Source of the DNA: Bacteroidota bacterium
Lineage (GTDB): Bacteria > Bacteroidota > Bacteroidia > NS11-12g > UBA955
Assembly (NCBI GenBank): GCA_027488835.1
Contig: JAIYAW010000004.1
Location: 71,271-135,270, forward strand
Direction of reading: 5' to 3'
DNA: 64,000 bases
The notes beneath the pieces were generated by a model, which worked only from the letters and a program-made list of their open reading frames with translations, ran no database searches and was not told the DNA's origin. Below are positions 19,959-30,000 of this stretch, one piece after another. The number at the start of each line of letters is the position of its first letter. Position 1 is the stretch's first letter. Both the position numbers and the translations under genes were made by a program.

Positions 19959-21743
19959 ATGAAAAAAATTCTCGCTCAATGGCCATTTTACCTACCTTTA
20001 TTAGGAATCCTTTTTGGATTTTTTATTACCAATCATATTCAAACACAAACAACATTGTTGATTGTGTTTTTGGCTTTAATTGGGTGCTTTATTGTTTACA
20101 AGATAGTTCCTAATTGGAAGTTTGCTTATTTTGTTTTTCTGATATTCGCTATTTGCGGATTTATTAGGCAAAGTCAAGTTAATAAGCAATTAAAATTTGA
20201 TATTCTACTAGCGCAGAAATCAAAATGTGTAAAATTTTTGGTTTGCCAAGATCTTGGGAAACGCAATTTGTGGCATCGATATGAGTGTGAATTGAAATAT
20301 GCTCTCGGAACTAAAACTTGGGTTCCGTTCCAAAATTGCAAGGTTGATTTGTATGTGAAAGATAATCCAAGTTTATTGGAGGGACATTATTTCAGTCTGA
20401 ATAATTTCAATTTCAAACAATTCGATGATCCAGTTTTACCAGGTGATTTTAATTTTAAGTCCCTCAAAAACGCGAGGAAATTCATAGGAACAACATTTGC
20501 GCGCAATTCGCAAGTTTTATTAAGTAGTACCAAGGTGAATCAATGGATTGATTTCAGGGCAAGAGTTAAATATAAATTAAACAAGGTTTTTGTTGAGGGA
20601 CTCTCGGCAGAAAATTTGGCATTGGTGAGGCAATTGGTATGGGGCGACAAAACCCAAATTGATGATGATTTGAAAACTGCTTTTCAAGTCAGCGGTACTA
20701 CCCATGTTTTGTCAGTTTCAGGGATGCATATTGCTTTGCTATTTGCATTTATATCCTTTTTGATAGAGGTCATTTCACTAAAGAAAAATAAGGGTAAATG
20801 GGTTCAATTGTTTATCATTCCATTGCTTTGGATGTATGCATTTTTTACAGGTTTTTCTGCCCCAGTGATTCGGGCGGTAGGCTTTTTTAGTTATTATTTG
20901 TTGGGAAATGTTCTTTTTGGAAGGAAACTCAAATTATTACATGTTCTCATGGTTGTGTGTATTGTTCAGTTGTTGGAAAATCCTTTGGCTTTGTGGGATA
21001 TTGGCTTTCAATTGTCATATTTGGCAGTACTTGGGTTATCCACAGTTTTGCCATTTATAAAAGCGTTTTATAAGGATAAGCCGTACTTTCAAAGGTTGAT
21101 TTTAGATGCTTTTGCAATTAGCATAAGTAGTACCATAACAACTTACCCTTTGTCGCTTTATTGTTTTCATCAATTTTCAGTCTGGTTTTTATTGGGGAAT
21201 TTATTGTTGCTGCCCATGTTTACTTTGCTCATGTATTGGCTTTTTGTGATGGTGTTTTTAACTGCCTTTTCTGTGCCTTTGCATAGGGTTGTATTTTTCT
21301 TAAATAAGTACTTGAATGGAATTACTTGGATCATGAAATTATCAAATAAACTGCCGAATCAATTTGTGTTTTCTTATGGATTTGATGCATTTAACGTGCT
21401 TTTTCATTTGTTTTTGATTCATTTTGTTTTCTATTTATTTTATACCGAAAATAAATTCAGATACTGGTCAATCGTCTTTGTTGTCTGGATGAATTTTTTT
21501 GTGTTTATGGCTTGTCGTGATTATCGAAAACAACTGGAATTCTCAAATAAAGTTGAAAACATAGATGGATATTTCGAAGTGGCAAAAAAAGGAAATCAGT
21601 TGACAGTAATTACAGCAGATAGTATCCCTCAAAATCAATTAATAAAGCGATTTGATTATATAATTCATTCCTATTCAATTGACAGTTTAAAAATCATACG
21701 GGCACGGCCAATATTGAAAAATAGAAATATCAGCAAGTTTTAA
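19959..21743 (+). CDS. comEC: ComEC/Rec2 competence channel protein
   Basis: PGDFNF, GDK...SGTTHVLSVSGMH, SAPVIRA, DIGFQLSY; no C-terminal beta-lactamase domain. Confidence 0.88.
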   Translation: MKKILAQWPFYLPLLGILFGFFITNHIQTQTTLLIVFLALIGCFIVYKIVPNWKFAYFVFLIFAICGFIRQSQVNKQLKFDILLAQKSKCVKFLVCQDLGKRNLWHRYECELKYALGTKTWVPFQNCKVDLYVKDNPSLLEGHYFSLNNFNFKQFDDPVLPGDFNFKSLKNARKFIGTTFARNSQVLLSSTKVNQWIDFRARVKYKLNKVFVEGLSAENLALVRQLVWGDKTQIDDDLKTAFQVSGTTHVLSVSGMHIALLFAFISFLIEVISLKKNKGKWVQLFIIPLLWMYAFFTGFSAPVIRAVGFFSYYLLGNVLFGRKLKLLHVLMVVCIVQLLENPLALWDIGFQLSYLAVLGLSTVLPFIKAFYKDKPYFQRLILDAFAISISSTITTYPLSLYCFHQFSVWFLLGNLLLLPMFTLLMYWLFVMVFLTAFSVPLHRVVFFLNKYLNGITWIMKLSNKLPNQFVFSYGFDAFNVLFHLFLIHFVFYLFYTENKFRYWSIVFVVWMNFFVFMACRDYRKQLEFSNKVENIDGYFEVAKKGNQLTVITADSIPQNQLIKRFDYIIHSYSIDSLKIIRARPILKNRNISKF

Positions 21744-21760
21744 GTATTATCTTTGTAATG

Positions 21761-22531
21761 ATGTCGTTAATTCTCACAAATATTGAAAACAGGGTAGGCA
21801 CAATTGTTCTAAATAGGCCCGAAAAGCGAAATGCCTTGAGTGCGCAATTAATTGCTGATCTTACGTATGCATTTGAATTGTTTAACAATGATGATTCGGT
21901 GAAATTGATTTTGTTAAAATCAGCTTCGTTGCCGTTTTGCGCAGGTGCTGATTTGGCTTATTTGACAGAATTAAGAAATTTTACTTTTGAAGAGAATGTT
22001 GAAGATAGTACCAAATTGAAAAATTTGTTTGAGCTTATTTACACATCGCCTAAAATTACCGTTTCTCAAGTTGAAGGTCCAGCTTTAGCTGGTGGTTGCG
22101 GTTTGGCAACGCTAACTGATTTTTGTTTTGCAAGTATTGAGGCAACATTTGGTTATACTGAAGCTAAAATTGGTTTTTTGCCTGCTTTGGTAATGGTTTA
22201 TTTGAAAGAAAAAGTAGGCATGGCAACCATGACAGATTGGTTGTTAACAGGTAGGGTTTTTGATGCAGATGAAGCATTAAATAAGGGACTTATTTTCCAA
22301 TTGTCAAATGGAGATTCAATAGAGCATGACGTCAAACAATTTATCGATAAATTATTGGTGGGCGTGAGTAGTCAATCTGTAGCCGGAATTAAATATATGC
22401 TTCGCAATATGCCAAGTACGCGTCAAGATGCATTGAAATTTGCTGCTGAAATGAATGCAATGGCGAGAAGCAGTGACGATTGTAAACGCGGTATTGATGC
22501 ATTTTTAAACAAAGAGAAATTGTCATGGTAA
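21761..22531 (+). CDS. Enoyl-CoA hydratase/isomerase (methylglutaconyl-CoA hydratase-like)
   Basis: LNRPEKRNAL, FCAGADL, GPALAGGCGL, YTEAKIG. Confidence 0.92.
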   Translation: MSLILTNIENRVGTIVLNRPEKRNALSAQLIADLTYAFELFNNDDSVKLILLKSASLPFCAGADLAYLTELRNFTFEENVEDSTKLKNLFELIYTSPKITVSQVEGPALAGGCGLATLTDFCFASIEATFGYTEAKIGFLPALVMVYLKEKVGMATMTDWLLTGRVFDADEALNKGLIFQLSNGDSIEHDVKQFIDKLLVGVSSQSVAGIKYMLRNMPSTRQDALKFAAEMNAMARSSDDCKRGIDAFLNKEKLSW

Positions 22532-23298
22532 ATATTGTTGACACCCATTGCCATTTATACGCGGAGGAATTCAATGAAGATAGGGCTGAGGCTATTTCAA
22601 GAGCAATTGGTCAAGGCGTCAACAAGATATTATTGCCGAATATTGATTTAGAAAGTATTGATGGATTGCATCGTTTGGCTGATGAATATCCTGACATATG
22701 CATTCCTATGATGGGTTTACATCCTTGTTACGTGAAAGAAGATTACCAATCTGCACTCAAAACCATTTTCGATTTGTTTTCTTCCCGCAATTACTGCGCG
22801 GTTGGCGAAATTGGAATGGATTTGTATTGGGATAAAACAACCAAAGATTGGCAGACAGATGCATTCATACAACAGGTGGAATTTGCAATTTCAAAAAACT
22901 TGCCGTTGGCAATTCATTCTAGAAATGCCACCTATGAATTGATAGAATTATTGAAGCCTTTTAAGGGAAAAGTGACTGGTGTATTCCATTGTTTTTCTGA
23001 GAGCGAGGAATTGGCTCACGAGATTATAAAATTGAATTTTTTAATTGGAGTTGGAGGTGTGCTTACATTCAAGAATGCTGGTTTGCCGCTGGCCCTTGAG
23101 AAAGTAGACCTAAAACATATTATTTTAGAAACCGATAGTCCTTATTTGGCACCTGTTCCTTTTAGAGGCAAAAGAAACGAGCCAAGTTATGCCCGACTCG
23201 TTGCTGATAAATTGGCCGAAGTTAAAGGAATTTCGGCACAGGAGATTTATGAAATTACCACTGCCAATGCAGTTGGGTTGTTTTTGAAGGAATTCTAA
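22525..23298 (+). CDS. tatD: TatD family DNase
   Basis: DTHCH, GLHP, VGEIGMD, IHSR, FHCF, ETDSPYLAP, KRNEP. Confidence 0.95.
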   Translation: MVNIVDTHCHLYAEEFNEDRAEAISRAIGQGVNKILLPNIDLESIDGLHRLADEYPDICIPMMGLHPCYVKEDYQSALKTIFDLFSSRNYCAVGEIGMDLYWDKTTKDWQTDAFIQQVEFAISKNLPLAIHSRNATYELIELLKPFKGKVTGVFHCFSESEELAHEIIKLNFLIGVGGVLTFKNAGLPLALEKVDLKHIILETDSPYLAPVPFRGKRNEPSYARLVADKLAEVKGISAQEIYEITTANAVGLFLKEF

Positions 23299-23441
23299 GG
23301 TTTATAAAAGTTTATGAGTGATTATAAGTGTTTATAAAGGTTGTTTTTATGAAATTAACTGCAAAATAAAAAGCGCAGCGTAAACAGGCCCAGCTTAAAC
23401 GACCGAAAGTGTAAACAGCTCCGCGACAACTCGCGAAGCGA
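23289..23441 (+). repeat. Modular intergenic repeat element, copy 2
   Basis: GGAATTCTAAG GTTTATAAAA GTTTATGAGT GATTATAAGT GTTTATAAAG, then GCGCAGC GTAAAC ... GTAAAC ... TCGCGAAGCGA. The first 19 nt are identical to 63533-63551. Confidence 0.85.
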
Positions 23442-24179
23442 TTAATATAGTTTCGATTTTATCAGACCTTTTTTATGCAAAAAATGCACAAAAGAAACCC
23501 TCAATACGCCGAAACCATATTTCATGCTGCGGCTGAAATTGATGGAGGAGGCTTCTTCAAAATATTTGGTAGGACAAGTTATTTCAGCAATTTGATAGCC
23601 CTTCATGAAAATCTGAGAAACCACTTCGTTGTCGAAAACGAAATCATCGCTGTTGTTTTCAAAAAGTATGTTCTCTAAAACTTCACGTTTGTATGCCCTG
23701 TAACCCGTGTGGTATTCGCTCAGCTTTTGATTGATAAGTATATTCTGAGCCAAGGTTAAACACCTGTTGAAAATGTATTTGTATATTGGCATACCACCTA
23801 GCAATGCTCCCTTTCCTAATATTCTCGAGCCGAAAACAACAGGATAAACATCATTGGCGATAATATGGCACATTGAAGTTAATAACAGCGGGGTATATTG
23901 ATAATCAGGGTGTAACATTACAATGATATCTGCTCGAAGTTCTATTGCTTTTCGGTAACACGATTTCTGATTTCCACCGTAACCCTTGTTTGTATCATGC
24001 GAAATAATATGTTTGATACCAATCTGGGTTGCAACATCTATTGTTTTATCAGTGCTTCGGTCATCAACCAAAATAACATCGTCAACAATGTCGAAAGGAA
24101 TTTCATTATATGTTTTTTCTAGCGTTTGCATGGCATTGTACGCTGGTAAAACCACGATAATTTTTTGTCCTTTGATCAT
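23442..24179 (-). CDS. Glycosyltransferase family 2 (DPM-synthase-like)
   Basis: VVLPAYNA, LVDDRSTD, NKGYGGNQK, HPDYQY, GSR, EYHTGYRAY. Confidence 0.93.
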   Translation of the reverse strand: MIKGQKIIVVLPAYNAMQTLEKTYNEIPFDIVDDVILVDDRSTDKTIDVATQIGIKHIISHDTNKGYGGNQKSCYRKAIELRADIIVMLHPDYQYTPLLLTSMCHIIANDVYPVVFGSRILGKGALLGGMPIYKYIFNRCLTLAQNILINQKLSEYHTGYRAYKREVLENILFENNSDDFVFDNEVVSQIFMKGYQIAEITCPTKYFEEASSINFSRSMKYGFGVLRVSFVHFLHKKGLIKSKLY

Positions 24180-24243
24180 TCTTATTTCTTCTTAATACTC
24201 GGTGGCAAACTTCCTTAACTATTGTTTAAAAACCAAGAAATGT

Positions 24244-26223
24244 TTAAAAATCATTCACCAAACTGTAAAGATGGTTGTTGCCTTGGCTAATGGTTACCTT
24301 GAATTTTGTAACCTTTATGGGTGTCGTTCCATTGTTTTCAATAAAGGTAGAAACACTTCCCAATGGATCCATTTCGAAATGGTTACAATTGGCTACCAGA
24401 ATGCAGTTGTATTGATCTGTGTTTGTTTCAGTCCATCGATCAAAAGATTCATACATAAAATGGATGTTTTTATTGTTCTTGTCAGATGCAATAAAAACTA
24501 AATTTAGGGTTTTTAAAACAGAATTTATACCCGAACTTTTTTTAGGCAATTCAATACGGGCACAAATTGATATCATTGCATGCTTGTAACCGTTACTGCC
24601 TAAATATTTTATTATGCTGTCAATTTCAATTTTGGTTGTACAAATCCATTTTTCAGAAGTTACAGTGTTGATTGAAACAATTGATGGGGAATACACTTTT
24701 TGTTTTTGAGGGATATTATCTTGGGAAAGCAAACATCGGTTGGCTTCGAAATTGTCATTTGAATTCGATTGATCGTTAGGTTTATTGGTAAAAATGGAAT
24801 TCTCTTTTGAAAACAAATAAACTTCACTGCCAAAATGTAGACTTTTGATTGAGTAAGGATACTCGATTTCCAATGCGGAAATTGCCCATTGGGGAATTTC
24901 AATTGCATTTGAAACGATGATTTGATTGTAATTCCATTTGCGCAAAATGCGAATGAAATCGTTTGGAGTTTTTGCGGTTTCTGCAAAAAAATCATCCCTC
25001 AAAAATTGGATTTTTTGAATTTCTGGATGTTGGTTTTGTTCTTTATAATAGTTAAAAAAATAGGGTTCGAAGCCAAAAACCAAAGTTGGAATAAGACTTT
25101 GTTTATTTTGAAAACGGTATGTATCTCTAACTAACTGAGAATATCCTTGGTGGTAATATTCTTGATAGTGATTTCTTTTAAAATTCAAAATTCCAATATT
25201 TGTGCAAACAATGGTTGCCAAAATGATTGTCATTGTTTTGGAATTATAATTAGACGATAAAAGAACGTCCCCCAAAAACAAAAACAAGAACACGAATCCG
25301 AAAACAAAAATGGAATCTTGAAAAATGGGAGCCCTATAAATTGAGTAAACGAAAGAAAGCAAAATTGGTGCAAAGTATAAGATTAGCCAAATCCAAGTTT
25401 TTGATTTTGGAATTAAATCTGATGGGCTTTTTGCAATTTTATAAATAATTAGAATCGTAAAAATAGCGAAGTAAATACCCGAAAATTGAAAGCAATATTC
25501 GAAATGTTTGATAACTGTATTGAGGGATGGGGTAGCGAGCCATCCAGGGCTTCCCACTGAGATTTGATGAATGAAAATTGGGATTTGCGGAATATATAAT
25601 AAAATTGCAATGAGGTAAGGAATGCAATACTGAAATAAGTTTTTCTGCTTTTGAATAATTAAGCCGGTAGGGAATAAAAGCCCAACAAATAGCAAATTGA
25701 AATAGTGATTACTCAGGCTTAAGAAAATAAAGGCGCCAAATAATATTTGATAAATTCGATTTTGGGATTTGTCATGGATTAATTGCGTCCACAAATACAA
25801 ACAAACAGCTGCTAAAAATTGACCCGATGAATACGGGCGGATGGTTTGACTATAGATAATGGGGTATTGCAATGTGGCAAGAAATGCCAAAGCAAAAAGG
25901 GCTGTTTTGATATTTGATAAATTCTTGGCTGCCAAAAAATAAAATAGTAAGGAAAGTGACCCCATGAAAACGAATGGCAGTTTGATGATCCATTGTTTTG
26001 TGCCAAATAATTTTACATAAAACCATAAAAATGTTTGAACTCCTGCAGGATGTCCATCTGTCCAAACAGCTTTTGAAAGCATGGTAGAGAAGTCTGGAAA
26101 ATTTAAACGGTTGAGGGCCGAGAGTTCGTCGTTGGTGAACGGAATTTCAGTAAAGTTGAAAAAACGCAGTATAAATCCGAGAATAAGTAGGATAAATAGC
26201 GTGATTTTTTCTCTTGTAGACAT
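24244..26223 (-). CDS. GT-C fold membrane glycosyltransferase (PMT/ArnT, GT39-like)
   Basis: LRFFN...FTNDE, DGHP, YSQTIRPYS, many TM helices; paired with the GT2 gene. Confidence 0.8.
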   Translation of the reverse strand: MSTREKITLFILLILGFILRFFNFTEIPFTNDELSALNRLNFPDFSTMLSKAVWTDGHPAGVQTFLWFYVKLFGTKQWIIKLPFVFMGSLSLLFYFLAAKNLSNIKTALFALAFLATLQYPIIYSQTIRPYSSGQFLAAVCLYLWTQLIHDKSQNRIYQILFGAFIFLSLSNHYFNLLFVGLLFPTGLIIQKQKNLFQYCIPYLIAILLYIPQIPIFIHQISVGSPGWLATPSLNTVIKHFEYCFQFSGIYFAIFTILIIYKIAKSPSDLIPKSKTWIWLILYFAPILLSFVYSIYRAPIFQDSIFVFGFVFLFLFLGDVLLSSNYNSKTMTIILATIVCTNIGILNFKRNHYQEYYHQGYSQLVRDTYRFQNKQSLIPTLVFGFEPYFFNYYKEQNQHPEIQKIQFLRDDFFAETAKTPNDFIRILRKWNYNQIIVSNAIEIPQWAISALEIEYPYSIKSLHFGSEVYLFSKENSIFTNKPNDQSNSNDNFEANRCLLSQDNIPQKQKVYSPSIVSINTVTSEKWICTTKIEIDSIIKYLGSNGYKHAMISICARIELPKKSSGINSVLKTLNLVFIASDKNNKNIHFMYESFDRWTETNTDQYNCILVANCNHFEMDPLGSVSTFIENNGTTPIKVTKFKVTISQGNNHLYSLVNDF

Positions 26224-26342
26224 GGAATTTTCTCTCCACAATATTAATCGAATTGAGGTTGATAGCCAAAGATGTAAGAAGAAGAATCAAAATAAAGTCA
26301 ATTTGTCGTTTACCTTTTGGTTGTTAATTGTATAAAGGGGGT

Positions 26343-27059
26343 ATGGAAACTCAATTAAAAATTTCGATACCCACTCCTTGCCACGAGAATTTGGCGTTGA
26401 TGGATAAAACCGAGAATGGTAAATTTTGTCTTAGCTGCCAAAAAGAAGTGATAGATTTTACCAAAATGTCGGATGAAGACATTGTTTTATATTTTGAAAA
26501 AAAGAAAAGTGGCGAAGCAAAAGTTTGCGGTACATTTAGGGTTGATCAGGTTTTAGAAAACAAAAAAATGATTGAAATACCGGCTCAAACTTATTTTTAT
26601 GCCAAAACCAACCATCAGAAATTTCTATGGATGTTATTTGCTTGCATGGGAATGTTTTTTGTTTCTTGTAATTCAAAAACAAAAGGGGAAGTTCAAATTT
26701 CGGTTATTGATAGTGCAAAGAATAGACAGAATGTTGATACGGTAAATGAAGTACAACTAAATGGAGATACTATTTATTCAAATGAGTTAATTGAAAAGCC
26801 AAAGAAAATTGAGCAGGTTGAAGAAATTCAAGGGGAAGCTGTTGAAATTGTAAGTGGTTATATTGCACCTCCTGTTAGAGTTGGATGTGTGATTCCTGAG
26901 AATACGGAAGAAGAACAAATGGTTACGATTAAAGGGAAAGTTGCATTTCCAAAAGATACTTCAAGGACACAAGAAATGAATGTCCCTACAAAAGATACTA
27001 CCGCAAATATTAAGCAAATTCCAACAAGTAAGCTTACAGGAATAAAACCTATGGATTAA
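26343..27059 (+). CDS. Hypothetical membrane-anchored protein with Cys-rich N-terminal domain
   Basis: ISIPTPCHEN...FCLSCQKEVIDF...VCG, then a TM segment and a low-complexity tail. Confidence 0.75.
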   Translation: METQLKISIPTPCHENLALMDKTENGKFCLSCQKEVIDFTKMSDEDIVLYFEKKKSGEAKVCGTFRVDQVLENKKMIEIPAQTYFYAKTNHQKFLWMLFACMGMFFVSCNSKTKGEVQISVIDSAKNRQNVDTVNEVQLNGDTIYSNELIEKPKKIEQVEEIQGEAVEIVSGYIAPPVRVGCVIPENTEEEQMVTIKGKVAFPKDTSRTQEMNVPTKDTTANIKQIPTSKLTGIKPMD

Positions 27060-30000
27060 TTGATGATAATCTTATCAAAATAACTTGCACTTTCAGTTCT
27101 GAAATTAACGATATAATTTCCAGTTGGAATTGATGGGGGCAATAAAATTTGATTGGCTTTTTCTAGCGAAATTGTGTTGCTTTTGAAGAGCAATTGTCCG
27201 ACATTGTTGTATATTTCAATAGTCACTGAATTGAAATTCGAATAATTGCTAAAATCAAGAGAGTTATTTTTTACGGGATTTGGATGAATAATAAATGGGG
27301 AGGTTTTTTTATTGTAATTTATTGTATTTCCTAAAAATATTTCATTGGCAATAATTATTTTAAATCGCGCTGTATCGCTTGACGCTACTTCTGATTTATT
27401 AATTTCAAACGAATAGTCATTTAATTTATTGGCATTTAATTTTGTAAGTGTATTTTTATACCTGTCTTTCAAGTAAATAGTACTCGAATTTAATCCTTTT
27501 ATATCTAGGGTTAATTTGTAGCGGGTGCTTCTATATTTATCAATATAAATTGAATGTTCTTCAGTAGTTAAAGGTTGTTTTTTGCATTCAACTGATAGTT
27601 TTGTGCCAGATCTTGAAATTGCAATATTTTCATCAAGATTTATGGGTTTTCTTGCATCTTCATCCGTTATTTCGTTGCTATAAACGTCATTGAAATTGAT
27701 AATTGTGGCGTCGGTGAGAAAGTTTGAATCGATTGAGTGTAAATCAATTTTTATATAATTTTCGTCTGAATTAGGAATAGTAAAAAAGTTTTTACTCGTG
27801 ATATCCCCCGTAAATTTTGAATTTTCTGTAAATGTAAATGTTGGGGTTGCTGAGGGAGCAGATGATGTTAATACAAAACAAGACTGTCCGGCTTGTAAGT
27901 ATTTATTCGCACTGGAATTTTGTGCATTGGTATTTTTTGTTACATCCACGGTTACGTATCCACCTCGGGTGTTTAAAAACGGATCCCAAACGTAATAATA
28001 GGTTTTATTTAAATTCGTAGATGCACTGAGTAGTACATTCATATCAACCGGGCATTGGTAAGGGTTTCCTATAAAATTGTTCGCATTTGCACTGTTTTTT
28101 AATCCTGAAATTGAAATATTCCCAGTACTCAAAGTGCCAAATGTTCGAAGAATGGTATTTGAAGGAGTTGGTGCGTTATCGGCTTGGTTAATATTTGTTA
28201 ATCTGTTTCCCCTAATCATTAATCGGTAAGGAGTTCCGGCACTTAATGTGTTGTTATTTGTATTTCCAATGGCATTCCAAGTCTGGCTAGAATTATCATA
28301 GGTGTACAAAGAAGGATTTCCTGTTGGGGTAGCGTCGAATCCGTTGGCACCTGTTGTGCTGCCGGTAATATGTGTGCCGAATCCAGGATTTGGATTAATA
28401 TTATTTGTTGGATAGTTGGTGTAATTTGAATTATTTACGCCTTCTTGCCAGTTGCTTTTAATGGAATTTGTAGTAGTTACACTTGGACAAATTAACCTAA
28501 ACGCCCTTTTGGAGGGGAAATATTTTTCAATTGTTACTTTGCCTGATATTGCATTGCTATAATTTACTTTATCAACTACAGCGGAGTAGGCGTTATCGCT
28601 CTTGAAAATTAAATAATCATTTGTTGTTAGCCTACCAGCAGTTAGCGTTAAAATCCCCTTAATTTTTGTGGTATCTAATAATGAAACTCCCGCAGAATTA
28701 TTAATTGTTAAATTCGAAATTGTTTTATTGGTGAAATTATTTGAAGGTAGGTTTTGTGCAGTTGATCCTGCAAAAATGAGGGATGAATTTATATTTTCTG
28801 CATTGATGTTTTTTCCGGTTAACGTAAGGTTGCCTTGAATAGTTAATGAATATCCATTTAAATCTAAAACGTCTTTGGTTGAGGTTCCAGAAATAGAGAT
28901 ATTTCCTAAATTCACGTTTGAACCAAGCACACATTTGTCAATTGGTGATGAGGTGAAAGTAATATCTGAACCTGATAAAGGGATACAACCTAATTGCCAA
29001 TTCGTGCTTGTGTTAAATGAAGTTGAATTTGTTCCAACCCAGGTATATGTATTGTTTACAGTAATTAAAGCATTGGAAGAATTTGTAGAAGTACAGCTTC
29101 CGCTTGTAACTACAGCCCTGTAATAAGTGTTAGACATCAAATTGGTTCGGGTAATGGAAGTGGCAGTGCTTGAGATATCCACTGGCGAAGCGAAATTTGA
29201 TGTTGCAGAACTTTGCCATTTGCTTACCAACCCTGTTTTGCCTGTCAATGTCAATGTTGTAGAATTTGTTCCTGCACAAACTGTTGCCCCTCCGGTTATT
29301 GTACCTCCAACTGAAGAGGGGTCAACTTCTACACTCACGATATTTGAAGTAATTGCTGTTGAACAGCTTGAGGAAGATCCGGAAACATTTATCTCACAAA
29401 AGTAAAATTTAGTTCCTACACTAGAAATAACTGGATTGTAATTGTTAGAATTAGCGCCACTGATTGAAGTAGCACCGGAAAGGGAATTAATTGTATTTGA
29501 ATACCATTGATAAGTTGGAGAATTGCCTTCTGCAGTAATTGAAAGCGTTGTTGCAACATTAATACAAGTTGATTTGTTTTCAGGTTGAACACTAATTGAA
29601 CTGTTTAAGTAAGCAGGATCACTTAATATACTTCCCGAACTATTGGTGATTTCAACCGTGTAAGCACCAGCATCTGATGCAGAAACATTCGAAATAGTAA
29701 GTGAACTACTTGTAGCCCCAGAAATACTTGTTCCATTGCGTTTCCACTGATAAGTTGTTGTTCCTGTTGATGAAGCTGATACTGAAAATGTAGCAGTGGT
29801 TCCAGTTCCTGTGCATGTAATCTTAGAGGTTGGCTGGGTTGTAACTTTTGGCGCTGGAATTGTAAAGGAGGCATTGTTGTATGCGATGAATCCATAATCA
29901 GCAGTTCCACCGGGGGTAATAATTAATTTCGATACATTAGTTGCATTTGAACTTGTAATTCCGAAATCTGCCAAATCTAAGGCCAATAATCGAATGGGAC

